From Octopus sinensis (Eukaryota): a DNA stretch of 64,000 nucleotides. Under the pieces are notes generated by a model. The model was not told the origin of the DNA. It worked only from the letters and a program-made list of their open reading frames with translations, and made no database searches. Positions 1 through 12,815 of this stretch are shown here, piece after piece. The translations under genes were made by a program, and so were the position numbers. How positions within the stretch are numbered: position 1 is the stretch's first letter; every line of letters begins with the position of its first letter. Where the stretch lies: positions 51,274,001-51,338,000 of the forward strand of contig NC_043009.1 in NCBI RefSeq assembly GCF_006345805.1, read 5' to 3'.

Positions 1-88
1 GTACTTTTCGAAAGGTAAGAAGGAAGAACAGAAGAAAGGAGAGAGAAATGAACTATCGTAGTTTTGTAAACAACCCATATCTAAGGTA

Positions 89-260
89 CGCTTGACAACC
101 GATACTGGTGTGTTTACGACCCCGTCACTTAGCGGTTCGGCAAAAGAGACCGATAGAATAAGTACTGGGCTTACAAAGAATAAGTCCCGGGATCGAGTTG
201 CTTGACTAAAGGCGGTGCTCCAGCATGGCCGCAGTGAAATGACTGAAACAAGAAAAAGAG
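89..260 (+). mobile_element. SINE family A, 3' half
   Basis: Matches the 3' module (cgcttgacaaccgat...gcggtgctccagcatggccgcagt...gactgaaacaag) of other copies at ~22040, 23000, 42620. Confidence 0.85.
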
Positions 261-899
261 TACAGGGAGAGAGTAAAACCCTTATTAACATAGTTTAAAT
301 TTCGAATTTTTTATTAAATTTCCTTCAACATCTAATATTTCAAAAGCTAAAATGGATTAAATTATAATCATTGGTTTCTGGTTCAAGAGTTTTGAACAGA
401 TTTTCATGGAATTTAAGATTTCTCGTCCTTGACATTACGCAGAAAGTGGTTGATCCTTTTCGCTTTTATCAAAGTTTACGTAACCCTGTTATGAAAAAGT
501 TGCAAGGATTTACTGGTAATCCTAGTCTTGTACTATAATTAATTATATTACTATATTTGCATTTTCATTTACAATACATGGCAGAAATCGGCTACAGTTC
601 CCTGCTGGTTCGTGATTATGTTTATCGCCTCCTAAATAGATCCAAATATTGTATGAAGCATAATAAGGAATGTACATAGAATAAGTACGCAATACATACA
701 CGTTTTGGGTCCCGAACAGTTCTTCTCGACCTCAAATTAATGCTTACGTTGTGCATTCTGGGAGTTTTTGATACCTTGTTAGGAAAGGCATTTATAGCTG
801 TCCCAGATTATAGTAATTTTAATATATCATTACTATACATATAATGGGTTCACCTGCCAATTTCGTTTTTTCCAGATTGAAGGAGACGATTGAAACAGC

Positions 900-1892
900 A
901 TTTTGAACACATCTTTCTCCATGTTACTTGTTACAGGTAACTAGTTTGCAGATGGCAGACAGGACATGAAGACAATTTGGGTGCTCGCTATGTGTTAAAG
1001 TGGGCAAAAACACTACAGATATGCTCCATTTTTTATGCGCCCTTTCCAAGCCTAGCCAGGCTTATGGGCCCGGTTACTCGGTTTCTGTGGCGTATGTGTT
1101 CTCCCCAGCTGGACAGGACACCAGTCCGTCGCAGCATTACTCAAGAAACAGGAAGAGAGAGTGAGAGAAAGTTGGGGCGAAAGAGTACAACAGGGGTCGC
1201 CACCACCCCCTGCCAGAGCCACATGGAGCTTTAGGTGTTTTCGCTCAATAAACACACACAACGCCCGGTCTGAGAATCTAAACCGCGATCCTCCGACCGC
1301 AAGCTCGCTGCCCTAACCACTGAGCCATTGCGGCCCCACAGATATGCTCCATACTTACTATAAATTAAAATGTATGAGCCAAACATCTGTCTTTCGCCGA
1401 CGTAAGAGGACGGTAAAGTAGGTCCACTGAGAATCTCATGATAATCCACTTTTTCAATAGCAAGAGTATTGTCTACATACATTGGGTTCCCTGCAGGGAC
1501 ACGGTCAATAAAGTGTACTTTGCGGAGGTTTTGAAAGATTTCTGGAAGCAATTTCGTTAGGAGAGGCCAATGTCGTCGATTCGGTTTCATCCGCACCAGG
1601 ACAATGCACCAATGGTAACCAACTATTTGATAGTGATGGCCACAGAAACTGTCCCTCTACCATCCATTCCCTGTGACTTGATCGTCTCCTATGCTGAAGG
1701 AGATGATGAAGGAGACTGTGGTAAGAATCTTGGACATCTTCATTTTGGAGGTATTCTATGGGGCGCTTTATGAAGGAGCAGTGCACTGAAGTCAGTGAGT
1801 CTACAATGAGGGTGATTAAGACTTGTATTTCTTTGAATTGAATAAATGGTTCTCCTGAAAAAAACCACAAAATTTCTTGAAAACATCTCGTG
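900..1892 (+). mobile_element. Decayed mariner-like DNA transposon interrupted by a SINE
   Basis: Fragment HQDNAP...NYL in ORF 1570-1773 resembles the mariner HHDNA motif; many stops and frameshifts; boundaries approximate. Confidence 0.6.
1030..1337 (-). mobile_element. tRNA-derived SINE family C with 15-bp target-site duplication
   Basis: Minus-strand head with A-box TGGCTCAGTGG and a B-box-like motif; 5' part shared with 16208-16591; flanking repeat ACAGATATGCTCCAT at 1015-1029 and 1338-1352. Confidence 0.9.
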
Positions 1893-2602
1893 TTTTGGTT
1901 AAACTATTACTGCACTTCCAGTACCTAATCTAGTCGCTCTGTATGTATTCTCTTTTATCTTGTACTTATTTTAGTCATTGAACTACGATGCTGGACAATT
2001 GTGTTAAGGGTTTTAGTCGAACAAATTGATCCTAGTATTTATTTTAAGACTTATCCTATCATCTCTTTTGTCGAAGACGTAAAGAAAGGCTCATCGGTTG
2101 TGAAGTGGCGGTGGGCAACAAACAAAAGACGTCACTCTCTGAGGTCTGTGCTCATACAATGTTGCACCTCTCTCTAGCCTCCACTTCTCGCAGAGTTTCC
2201 AATGTAACACTTTCGCTACTTGATCGTGTCACCACAACTTTTAGTAGTTTTGGGCAAGTCTAGACTATTCATTCGTGATATGGGCATTGGTTTCATCCCT
2301 TCTATTGCCGATGCGGCACAGCGTAGACACGTGCTTATTCCGAAGGTTGACCTTCCAGATCGTGGCCAAAGCTTGGTCTTGCCCTGCCAGTATAGCGTTC
2401 TCGGTTTCTTTTTCTAGTGTTCCTTTCATCAGCCAACCCCACCTATTTTTTCCAGCAACTTGTCTTTTGGCTGCATGGAATTGATTGTGTCTATCTTTGT
2501 ATTTTCCCCCTCATTGTTCACCCTGGTGGCAAATAAAAGAAATCACCACCACCACCAACAACAACAACAACTTCATCATCATCATCATCATCATCCTCAT
2601 TA

Positions 2603-2658
<56 letters not shown>

Positions 2659-4032
2659 TTATTATATAAAATGTCTGCGAAAAAACTCAATTTAGTGAGA
2701 ATATGCAATAATATCCTACTTGACATGCTACAACGAAGTGAAATGGGCAGTACAATGTATCTCTTTAACGTATCGAAACAAGCTCGCGTACGGCGCTTCT
2801 AATAGCTTTGGATATGGAAAGCAATCACAGACGTAATCGAAATATTTACCCTGACGAAACAGTGTTATGAAAATCTCTTAACTACATGCATTAAAATGGA
2901 GAAATGAACATTTGCATAACGTGAAATTCCGTTGCAGTTTAGATATATACAAATGGAGGATATTTGAAGCATCCTTAAAGAATATTATAAGAATAACGAT
3001 TGCTACATTTCCAAACATTTAAAATCTGCACCCATCACAAGAGTAATCATTAAATAATATCTACCTGTAAACAGAAGATCTTCATCGCTTACTTTTCTCC
3101 CTCTCTCTCAATATATATATATGTGTATATATATATATTACTAGAAATGGTAAAACAACAAAAGATTGAAAGAGACCTCGATATTATGTAAATAGGGGAA
3201 TTTATCTGTAAATATAATATGTCACAATTATTCGGATGTCGGGGCGGAAACACACGCCGCCATCTGTTCAGTTATCGGGCCATCGAAAAACATACTATAA
3301 AAATGACCGTTAAACAAAGAGAATTACTGTGTGATTGACCGTTATTAAGACAAAAGAGCTATTAGAATGACCGCTAAGTGAGGGGAGCATGTAAAGGTAA
3401 GGGAGTAAAAATGTTCATAGTATTCGCGTAAGCGCACATGTGCATACATATACATGCGCACCTGCAAACCCACGTACATGTAGCGGGGTCTGGAAAAGCA
3501 GCTTACACCTCGCCACATGTCTAAATTCAAGAACTGAACTTCTCGGATCATGTTCATATGTAGCTAAATATTTCTTACGTTTTTGGTCACCCGAGATTAC
3601 AGATAGGACTTGTTTTCTATAATGTGTCCACGTACAAGCTTTATTTCTCTCTAAACTTTTTAGTTATATTTCTTATATATTTTTAATATATTTTGATATA
3701 TTTTGATATATTTTTTTACATATTTACAGATATATTGTTTTATTGGTTTATTGCTCATATATTTTTTACACATATTTTTTTCTGTATTCTAACTTCCACC
3801 CTGCATTTTTCCTGTGCTTATAGTATCTTTTGTGCGCGCGCGTGGTTGTGTGCGTGTGTGCGAGTATGTACGTATATAGACGTGTGTGAGTGTGCGTACA
3901 TGCGAGTGTGTGCGTATATAGACGTGTTTTACTCTTATTGCTTATTTTTTTTACACTTTTTTAATACATGTTTCTGTATTTTGCCTTTAGCCCTGTTTTT
4001 TCTTGTGCTTGTACGTGTGTATGAAACATTTT

Positions 4033-4068
<36 letters not shown>

Positions 4069-4142
4069 CGTGTATGTGGTTATGTATATACTTTTTGGGC
4101 TAATGTGTAGGTGAGCATGTGTGTGTTTCAAGTGTTTAAAGG

Positions 4143-4271
4143 CTATAGTAGATAACACTTGCCCACGGTACCACGCCGTGGGACTGAACCCAGAACCATC
4201 TGGTTGGTAAGCAAGCTACTTACTACACAGCCACTCCTACGCCAACTTTCCATACAGCCACTCCTGCGCCT
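4143..4271 (-). mobile_element. SINE family A, tRNA-like head
   Basis: Reverse complement of ggcgtaggagtggctgtgtggtaag...ggttcagtccc head seen at 47252 and 42352. Confidence 0.8.
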
Positions 4272-5102
4272 AATAATAATAATGATGTTTCTAATTTTGG
4301 TTCAAAACCTGGAATTGTTGGGATGAGGGGACAATCGATTATATCGACTCCAGTGTTCAACGAGTACATCTTTTATTGACCACAAAAAGATGAAAGGCAG
4401 AACATGATGAGCCGGAGGAAATGAAGGTAACCTTTTTAATCAGTGGCCCCAATGATACAGCCAGCTTAATAATGATGATAATAACCATTTCTATTCTTGA
4501 CACAAGGACTGAAGATTTTAGTGGAAGGGCTTAATCGATTACTACGACTCCGGATGAAATGAAGCTAACCTTTTTAATCAGTAGCCCCAATGATACAGCC
4601 AGCTTAATAATGATGATAATAACCATTTCTATTCTTGACACAAGGACTGAAGATTTTAGTGGAAGGGCTTAATCGATTACTACGACTCCGATGCTTAACT
4701 GCTGTTTGTTTCACCGCCACTGAAAGATTTAAAAGCAAAGTCAGCTTAGGCGGAATTTGAACTTACATGGCAATACGTCCAAAAAAAAAAAAAGAAAATA
4801 CCGCTAAGCATTTTGTCCGGTTCGTTAATGATTTTGGTAGGCCACTGGCAGAATAATAACGGTTTAAAATGTTGTCACAAGAGCAGCCATTTTGGGGAGG
4901 AGATGAATCGATTACATCGATCCCAGTGCTTCACTGGTATTTAATTTATCGAACCCGAAAGGATTGAAAGGCAAAAATCAACCTCGACGGAGTTAGAACT
5001 CAGAACGTAAAGACAGACGAAATGCTGCTAAGCATTTTGCCCAGCGTGCTTACGATTCTGCCAGTTCGCGTCCTTAACAACAACAGCAGCACCAGCAACA
5101 AT

Positions 5103-5191
<89 letters not shown>

Positions 5192-5505
5192 TAATGGTTT
5201 CAAATTTTAGAACAAAACCAGCAATTTCGGAGGAGGGGTAAATCGATTGCGTCGACCCGAGTCTTCAATACGTTCTTAAAAAGGAACGAAATGCAGCTAA
5301 GAATTTTATGCGGCGTGCTAACGATTTTACCAACCTGTCGCCTTAACAACAACAATAGCAACAACATAAATAATCGTTTCTATTATAGGCACAAGGCCAG
5401 AAATACTGGGGAAGGCAGCTACTCAATTACATTAACTAGCACCTATATCATCCATCGTGAAAGGATGAAAACCTAAGTCGACCTTGGCGGAATTTGAACG
5501 CAGAA
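4272..5505 (-). mobile_element. Head-to-tail cluster of decayed SINE family B copies separated by (AAT)n/(AAC)n
   Basis: Repeated motifs aatcgattacatcgac, gaaaggatgaaaggcaaag, ggcggaatttgaactc; includes a ~135-bp direct duplication (about 4418-4552 and 4556-4690). Confidence 0.75.
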
Positions 5506-5520
5506 TGATTTCATCTATCA

Positions 5521-5586
<66 letters not shown>

Positions 5587-5799
5587 GGGACAATCCACTA
5601 ACAAGAAATACTAGAAGAAACCAACCTAGGGTTAGGAATAACTTTTTCTCCCCAGCAACTAGAAGCGTCAAAGGGACTTCCTCTACCCCTGAACGAAGAA
5701 ACTCAACCTACGAATTCTCAACCTAATTGCCCAGATAACATAACCAACTTCTCAACATGCCAAATTTAATTAAGCATGCCCAAGATTTGGGGATGCTTA

Positions 5800-5958
5800 G
5801 CAAGAGGAGCCCAGCAAGTCTACCAGGTAGAAGGAAGAGCATTGTAGAAGATGAAAGAGAGTACATTTAAGATAGAAAAAAAACGTACTTCCTTTGTCTT
5901 AATTTTAAAAAATCTAAGAAGTACAAAAAATCCGCATTATTAATGGGTTGACGCAATA
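5800..5958 (+). mobile_element. 3' end and TIR of a mariner element of the family at 56492-57759
   Basis: gaagagcattgtagaagatgaaagagag...ccgcattattaatggg matches 57640-57750. Confidence 0.7.
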
Positions 5959-6344
5959 TATATAAATACAAATAAATAAATGAATATGCATAGTTACATA
6001 GATACATACATACATATATATATATTTATTATATGTCCTGTTATTATTTTTGTTGTCGTTATATTTGTGTGACATTGTCCGTTTTTTCCGTCCTTGTTTT
6101 TGTATACATTCGCTGCTTCCGAGAAATTTAATGCTGTTAGCTTAGCTTTTCCTTGGGCCTGGCCAGATTAGAGCAATCTCAAGAATAATCAACCGAAATT
6201 GCGAGGATAATCAGGTGCTTGACTGAGGAAAGAAAACTTCGAATGACCCGACCTTGTTTTCTTTGTATCGTCTATCTGGATGTTTTGTTGTTCCTTTTTG
6301 TATCACCTATTGTCCGGAGTTTTGCGTTCTTGTCCCATTTTTTA

Positions 6345-6433
<89 letters not shown>

Positions 6434-6571
6434 GTGTGTGTGTGTGTGTTGTGTGGAGATAGCTAGATTGATAGATAGATAAATTTATATAAATAAGGAT
6501 GTTTTTTTAAATACCGATCAAATCAAGTAGCTAGCATGGGAATAAAAACCTCATATGTAATGATTATTATT

Positions 6572-6858
6572 AAAATTATAATTTTGGGTATCTCAGAGAT
6601 AGCATCATGCTAGAGATAGTCAAAACTTGACTCTAAACCCACATCAAATATTCATAGAGCACCAGGATAGGAGACAACGAGACAAAATAAACTAGCAAAA
6701 AATAATTGGATAATTCCAAAAATTTTAATTGCTAGTTCATTTTATTTTTTTGTCTTCTCTCTTGGTGTTGTATGAATATTTGATGTGTTTTTAGAGTCAA
6801 CTTTTGACTGCTATCTCTAGCATGATGGTATCTCTTAGACTCCCTGAGTTATAATTTT
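6572..6858. mobile_element. MITE-like / fold-back element with ~100-bp imperfect inverted arms
   Basis: catcatgctagagatag...gactctaaa...cacatcaaatattcata mirrored by tatgaatatttgatgtg...tttagagtc...ctatctctagcatgatg. Confidence 0.7.
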
Positions 6859-7226
6859 ATATAGATAGATATCTGTAGACTCAAACATGCATATGTAGAA
6901 AATGAATTCAGTCTCATGAAATTGTGGCACTAGTGGATTTCCAAAGCAATTTTAAGATATCTGTGAGTACAAGACACGGTCCTGAACGCAACGAGAGAGA
7001 GGTAACGCACATCTGCAAATAGCATCTATTTACAAATAGCATCCATGTTGAAATGTTGAAGCACACAACACGTTGCCCTTTGCGAAAGTCGAACCTAACA
7101 CCTGTCTTTCTTAATCCCAAATTCCTAAACCGTTTTTTACACATTCATACATACACAAACACGCACGAACGAACAAGCAAACGCACATATACTATCTCTC
7201 TCTCTCTCGTCCACAAACACATACAC

Positions 7227-7257
<31 letters not shown>

Positions 7258-7565
7258 GAGTAAAAAAAGATTTTATGAGTCTATTTTAATGGGATTATTT
7301 CTTGAGGCGTGATTGGTTATTGCAGAGAAAACGTCACAATATATAATAGCTTCGAAAATATTGTCACGTCATTTGAAAGCTCACTTTCCTAGAAAACGAA
7401 GTCATATCTCAAGTAGAACGAATAGCCGACTTTAACTTTGAACAAATTGGAGGGTTCTTCAAGAGGTAATGCTATACACACTTATATTGAAAAATTTCAA
7501 TCTTCATTTAGTTTAAGATAATTTATAATTGATATTCAGAATTGTAACTGTGTCATTTATGTATG

Positions 7566-7599
<34 letters not shown>

Positions 7600-8287
7600 T
7601 GCATGCATGCATGTATGTATGTATGTATGTATGTATGTGTGTATGTATGTATGTATGTATGTATGCATGTATGCATCTATCTATCTATCTATCTATCTGT
7701 TGCTCCCTTTTCCGCACTTTTCCCCCTCTCTCTCTCTTTTTCCCCTCATTCTCTCTCTGTATATATATATTTACATTTATATATGTATATGATATACATA
7801 CATACCTACATACATATATACATACATACATACATATATATATATATACATACTACATATGGCTGTATATAAATGTCAGATATAATTATAATTTTAATAA
7901 TAATTATTACCTTTGAGGTTTTTATGCTAACCACTTGAGGTTTTTATGCTAACCACTTGATATGATCAGTATTTTTATTAACGATCTTATATATAAAGTT
8001 ATATATGTATATATATACATATGCCTGTATAAAAATGTCATATATATACACCACTACACACTCAATAACACTATAAAAATGGTCAAATTTTTTCACAAGA
8101 ACTTAGTTCTATTTGAAAACCCCACTAGAATGGACGGAAGCGCTAATGTATGATATATGATATATGATGAATAAAAAACAGTAATATACAAATAAATATA
8201 TGTAAATATTAAAACCATCCGAATTTCTGAGTACCTCATTCTTCTAATATAAAATACCTGTACATCATCTCTGAACCTTTTAATATA

Positions 8288-8408
<121 letters not shown>

Positions 8409-9022
8409 TATGCCTGTATATAAATGTCAGACCACTTTGTGTTATTGGTAAAATATAACTCAGTACAACCTGTTGCATGGTCAGACCAGCAGCGATTAAA
8501 CTGGAAATATTTCCAAGATAGCACGTTACATAGGATTGTTTCCATGGAAAGCCTGGAGGGCGAAAAGCAAAAGCCATAGATCAGGTGATCTAAAAGAGTT
8601 AGTGCCCATACAGCAGCTGAGAGTCTGAGAAACCACGCTTTTACTTAGGCATTCATTTATCAGAAGGGAAAATTAAGGTGACAGACTTACGAAAACGTTT
8701 GTATTCAATGGCCTTTGACTCATTCTTCTGTTTCGAGGAAATACATACGTTGCGCAGTGTGGGGGTGGTATTGCCAAAGGCATTTTCACATCTTATAAAG
8801 CTTCAGGTACAGGTAATGCTTGGCTAACACTTCTATTGTGTGTTGTATTATATGTCCTACCGCGAGCATAAAAGGGAAAGATTTTCAAGGAAAATTCCTT
8901 CCTTGGAAAGAAGGCCAGTGTCATCGTTGGAAGTAAGTTCCCTGAAGACGTAATGCGAGAAGCGCCCCTTTATTCCACATCATCGCTGCTCTAAGAAAAA
9001 GCATTTTTCGAAATCTTAACTC

Positions 9023-9024
9023 GT

Positions 9025-9055
<31 letters not shown>

Positions 9056-10306
9056 CGTGTGTGTGCGTGTGTGTATGCGTATGTGTATGCTTGTATGTCG
9101 GTATGGTGGGACAGAAGGCTTAAAGAACGCCTAACACAGAACTCCATACTCGTAAACATGTACTCTCGCTATGTTGATGATATCAACATAGTAGTAAAGG
9201 CACCCCCACAAGAGAGTACTGTTGATATAGTAATAGAAACTAATACTATGGAGGGCATCCAGCAAATAGCTAACTCCATCTACCAGAGTATTAAGGTCAC
9301 AATAGACTACCCAACTAAACACCCCAACCATAGACTACCAGTACTAGACACAGAACTCTGGCTAGAAACTGTGAATAATAAAACCCAAATCCTTCATTCG
9401 TACTATGCCAAACCTATGGCCTCAAAATACTTGATCCACCGGAACTCAGCCATTGCGGACAATGCCAAATTCAATATCTTGATGGTAGACCTCGTCAGAA
9501 TAATGAGAAATGTGTCACGCATGTGCGAGCCTACAGAGTTAAAGAGACACATACAATATTTCATTCACCGCATGCAGTTGTCAGGTTACAGCCATAAAGA
9601 AAGGATCAGAGTATACAAAGGAGTCATGAAGAAATTTGATAATATATTATGTAATGATAGGAATGGGATTTGCCCACTTTATAGGAACAAGTCATGGAAC
9701 ACTATAGAAAGGACAAAAAAGAAAATAGGGAAGGCCAACTCTTGGTATGATAGCCATAAATACCAGAGTGTCATGTTCGTTGACACCACCCCTGGAGGTG
9801 ACCTGGCGTACCGCTTTAGAAGGACCCTAGACAAATTTAAGCTAAGGATTAAGGTTGTTGAAAAGCCAGGCAACCCTATCAAATCTATAATCAGTAGAAC
9901 CTACCCTTTTAGTAGAACCCCCTGTACGGATAAGTACTGTACTGTATGTAGATTTATCCCACAAACAAACTGTAAAGCCAGAAATGTTATCTATAGTATA
10001 AGATGTATAGAAGGACGATGCAGTAACAAGACAACGACATACGTAGGGGAAACGGCAAGAAGCTTTGGAGAGCGGGTAAATGACCATTGGAGAGGACTTA
10101 AGGAAGGTAAAAGCTCATCGATTCTGTACCAACACGCCGAACAGGAACACAGGGGATCAATCAACAACATAGAAATTAAAATATTGTCCACGCATAGAAC
10201 AGATGCAACAATCAGACAAATTACAGAAGCTACACACATAATAGAAGATAAACCTAGCCTGAATAGGAAACTGGAATGGAACACTAGCACACACCACAAC
10301 ATATGA
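9023..10306 (+). mobile_element. Penelope-like retroelement ORF, 5'-truncated: C-terminal reverse transcriptase plus GIY-YIG endonuclease
   Basis: YSRYVDD catalytic motif, LPVLDTEL thumb region, Cys linker CTDKYCTVC, VIYSIRC...YVGETAR...ERVNDH GIY-YIG, terminal KPSLN; element sequence starts ~9100 directly after a (TG)n tract, so the listed N-terminus is microsatellite. Confidence 0.92.
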
Positions 10307-10781
10307 CGGTAGATGATCCACATAAACTGGTTACAATATAAACAAAACCGAAAACATAATAAATAAAATACACAGATAAATAAACAAATAGAAATAAATA
10401 ACTATATAAGTTTTTTAAAATTTATTATTATTATTATTATTATTATTATATTATTATTATTATTATTATTATTATTATCATTATTATTATTACTAGTAAT
10501 GTTGTTATACATACATACATACAAGCATACGTAATGATAATGATAATATGTGGATGTAAACACATGAACAAAATAAGAATAAACAAAAACAACAACAACA
10601 AAAACAAATTACATGAACGTATATAAACAGAAGATACAAATATTACAGGCATCCCCCCACACACTAAATAAACATAGACGCACATAGAGATATAAGCATG
10701 CGCAAATGAAGACATACAATAGAAATACAAAATGGCTGGCGGTTAGTAAAGAGAGACACAAATAAGAAAGAATAAAACAAA

Positions 10782-10826
10782 GGACCACTGATGCGGTCAC
10801 AGGAGTGTGACGAAAGAACTCTGGCC
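10782..10826 (+). ncRNA. Hammerhead-like motif (type I, A9C variant) in the 3' region of the Penelope element
   Basis: GGACCA-CTGATGC-G-GTCAC(aggagt)GTGAC-GAAA-GAAC-TC-TGGCC; stems I and II pair; stem III minimal. Confidence 0.55.
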
Positions 10827-11010
10827 GAAATAAGATTAAGATTAATGTAAAAAATAAATAACACTGAAGCAAAATAACACCAAATATATAGTGCGTGTGT
10901 TTTTATTGGCTAAACTGGCAAAATGACCATTCCGAAATATAACAATATCTGTTTCAACACACGACTTCACATAAAAAATCTTGCGCAACAAATATATAAA
11001 CGTATATATA

Positions 11011-11190
11011 TGTTATCTATAGTATAAGATGTATAGAAGGACAATGCAGTAACAAGACAACGACATACGTAGGAGAAACGGCAAGAAGTATAGGAGAGCG
11101 GGTAAATGACATTGGAGAGGACTTAAGGAAGGTAAAAGCTCATCGATTCTGTACCAACACGCCGAACAGGAACACGGGGATCAATCAACA
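11011..11190 (+). mobile_element. Partial second copy of the Penelope GIY-YIG region
   Basis: Near-identical to 9985-10167 with a few substitutions and small deletions. Confidence 0.9.
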
Positions 11191-11289
11191 ATCAAGTAAG
11201 TATTTATACATCTGTACATACATTGGTGCAATCAGAAGTTTGTATCTATAATTTTTTAAAATTTTTATACATGCACGTGTGTTATATAC

Positions 11290-12410
11290 ACATTGAATTT
11301 ATTGGTGTCTCGTAGGGAAAGAATAGCTCAAACTGGCCATATTAACTTTATTAACTTACATTGTTCTTTGAAATTGCACATGTTAGCAGGGTATTTCTCT
11401 GTTCCTAACGATGGCATTGAGCCCCTATTTAATGAATTTCGAATTCTCTTCGAAAGATCTTCAGGAACATACTGTCTTTTACTCAAATACTTTCACACTG
11501 TGATTTCTGTCAAATCACTTTTCCCGAATACTGTCCTTCTTTGGATGGAGAAGGGTACCGGATTCGGAATGTTCTGTGTTTGGATGGAGAAACACTGAGC
11601 AGCTTAATCCGCTGATTGCTTGGTTTGTTCCCAGACATCTGTGTGATTGAGCATTTTCATGGTGAATGTGGATCGTCTTAAAATTCTTGTTCGATCCTCC
11701 CTCCAAAAATTACGTTAAGCATTTTGGGTATGTCATTCATTCTAACGTTCTCCGCTCATGGAACAAACATGTTCCAGAAAAATCAAAGAGCAACGCCCTT
11801 ATGGTGCAAAGAAAAAAACTACCACCATGATTTTCTTTGTTCACTGGCACTTACGTATTCTTTTGTAGTGCGACGTTACTCTTTGGGATAAGCCTACGTG
11901 TCTAGATTATAATGATACGCACTCGCTTTATTTCCTGTGGCTTCACTGGCATTCAAAATTTTCAGCAGGTTAGTTAATACTACTAAACAGTTCTCTTTCA
12001 AATCGGGTGTCAACTACCGAGAGATTGATATTGCATACATATTACGATACACAGTCTTCCACCATCTTCCGGAACGCATTGTGACCTGAGCAACAACAAG
12101 CTTACGGTTTATGACACGTCTTCCAAAGTGAATAATTCGTGGATTCGCAAGCAAATCGTGTCAGGTGTCACAGCTGAAGACAAAAGAAGTGCGTGGGTTG
12201 GTTTCAGTGCTGATGTCCCCATTAAACTTCATCCATCTCTGCTCAATATACTGTGGCATCTGTGAATGTCGGAATGCGTAACCTATTCATTCACCAAAAG
12301 CTCAACCATGACGTCATTTTGCTTCCACATGGAAGACATAAAATTTTGCAATGGGGAAGAGTTAAGAAGAAAGAAATACTGTACTTGCGTGTGCGATTTG
12401 AACGATTTAT
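11290..12410 (-). mobile_element. Decayed mariner-like transposon
   Basis: IHIHHENAQSH resembles HHDNARPH; similar to 23500-24290; boundaries approximate. Confidence 0.65.
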
Positions 12411-12481
12411 GTCAGCTAACAAGTACTCTGTGCTCGACTTTCAGTTGCAACCATGTGTGTGTTTGTATGCTAATGTGAATG

Positions 12482-12525
<44 letters not shown>

Positions 12526-12733
12526 TATAAACAAGGGTAATAATATAGATTACTACCAGTGGCCCAGCACAAAAGACGAATTAGTCATTAGACAAAATAT
12601 TATTCATACAGAAAAATATTATTCATATAGAAAAATAATTAAGGGCTCCTAAATAAGGATGCCAAGTGCTAGCGGCACAAAAAGGGATAAATTTATCGAG
12701 AGTGAAAATCAAAAACATTTACCATTAACGATA

Positions 12734-12815
12734 CATCTCGGACTGATCAGTTTCTACCTCTTTCTAGCAAAACAAACAGAATATGTTTGCTAAGGCCGGT
12801 TTCATCAGCGAGACG
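12734..12815 (-). ncRNA. Type I hammerhead ribozyme within a ~320-bp insert in (TA)n
   Basis: Minus strand: CGTCTCG-CTGATGA-A-ACC..TAGCAAA..TTTGCTA..GGT-A-GAAAC-TGATCA-GTC-CGAGATG; intact core, 7-bp stem I, palindromic stem III, GUC triplet. Confidence 0.8.

Noticed and set aside
2848-2862. CTGACGAAAC hammerhead-like words
   Set aside because: No stem II or flanking stems
3140-3640. (TA)-flanked insert with a GC hairpin and CTGAACA...CGAAT on the minus strand
   Set aside because: Probably another microsatellite-inserted element, but core and stem I are too degenerate to call a ribozyme
10300-10420. Possible SECIS / selenocysteine read-through after the PLE TGA stop
   Set aside because: The ORF already ends at the normal GIY-YIG C-terminus, has no internal TGA, and no convincing SECIS stem is visible
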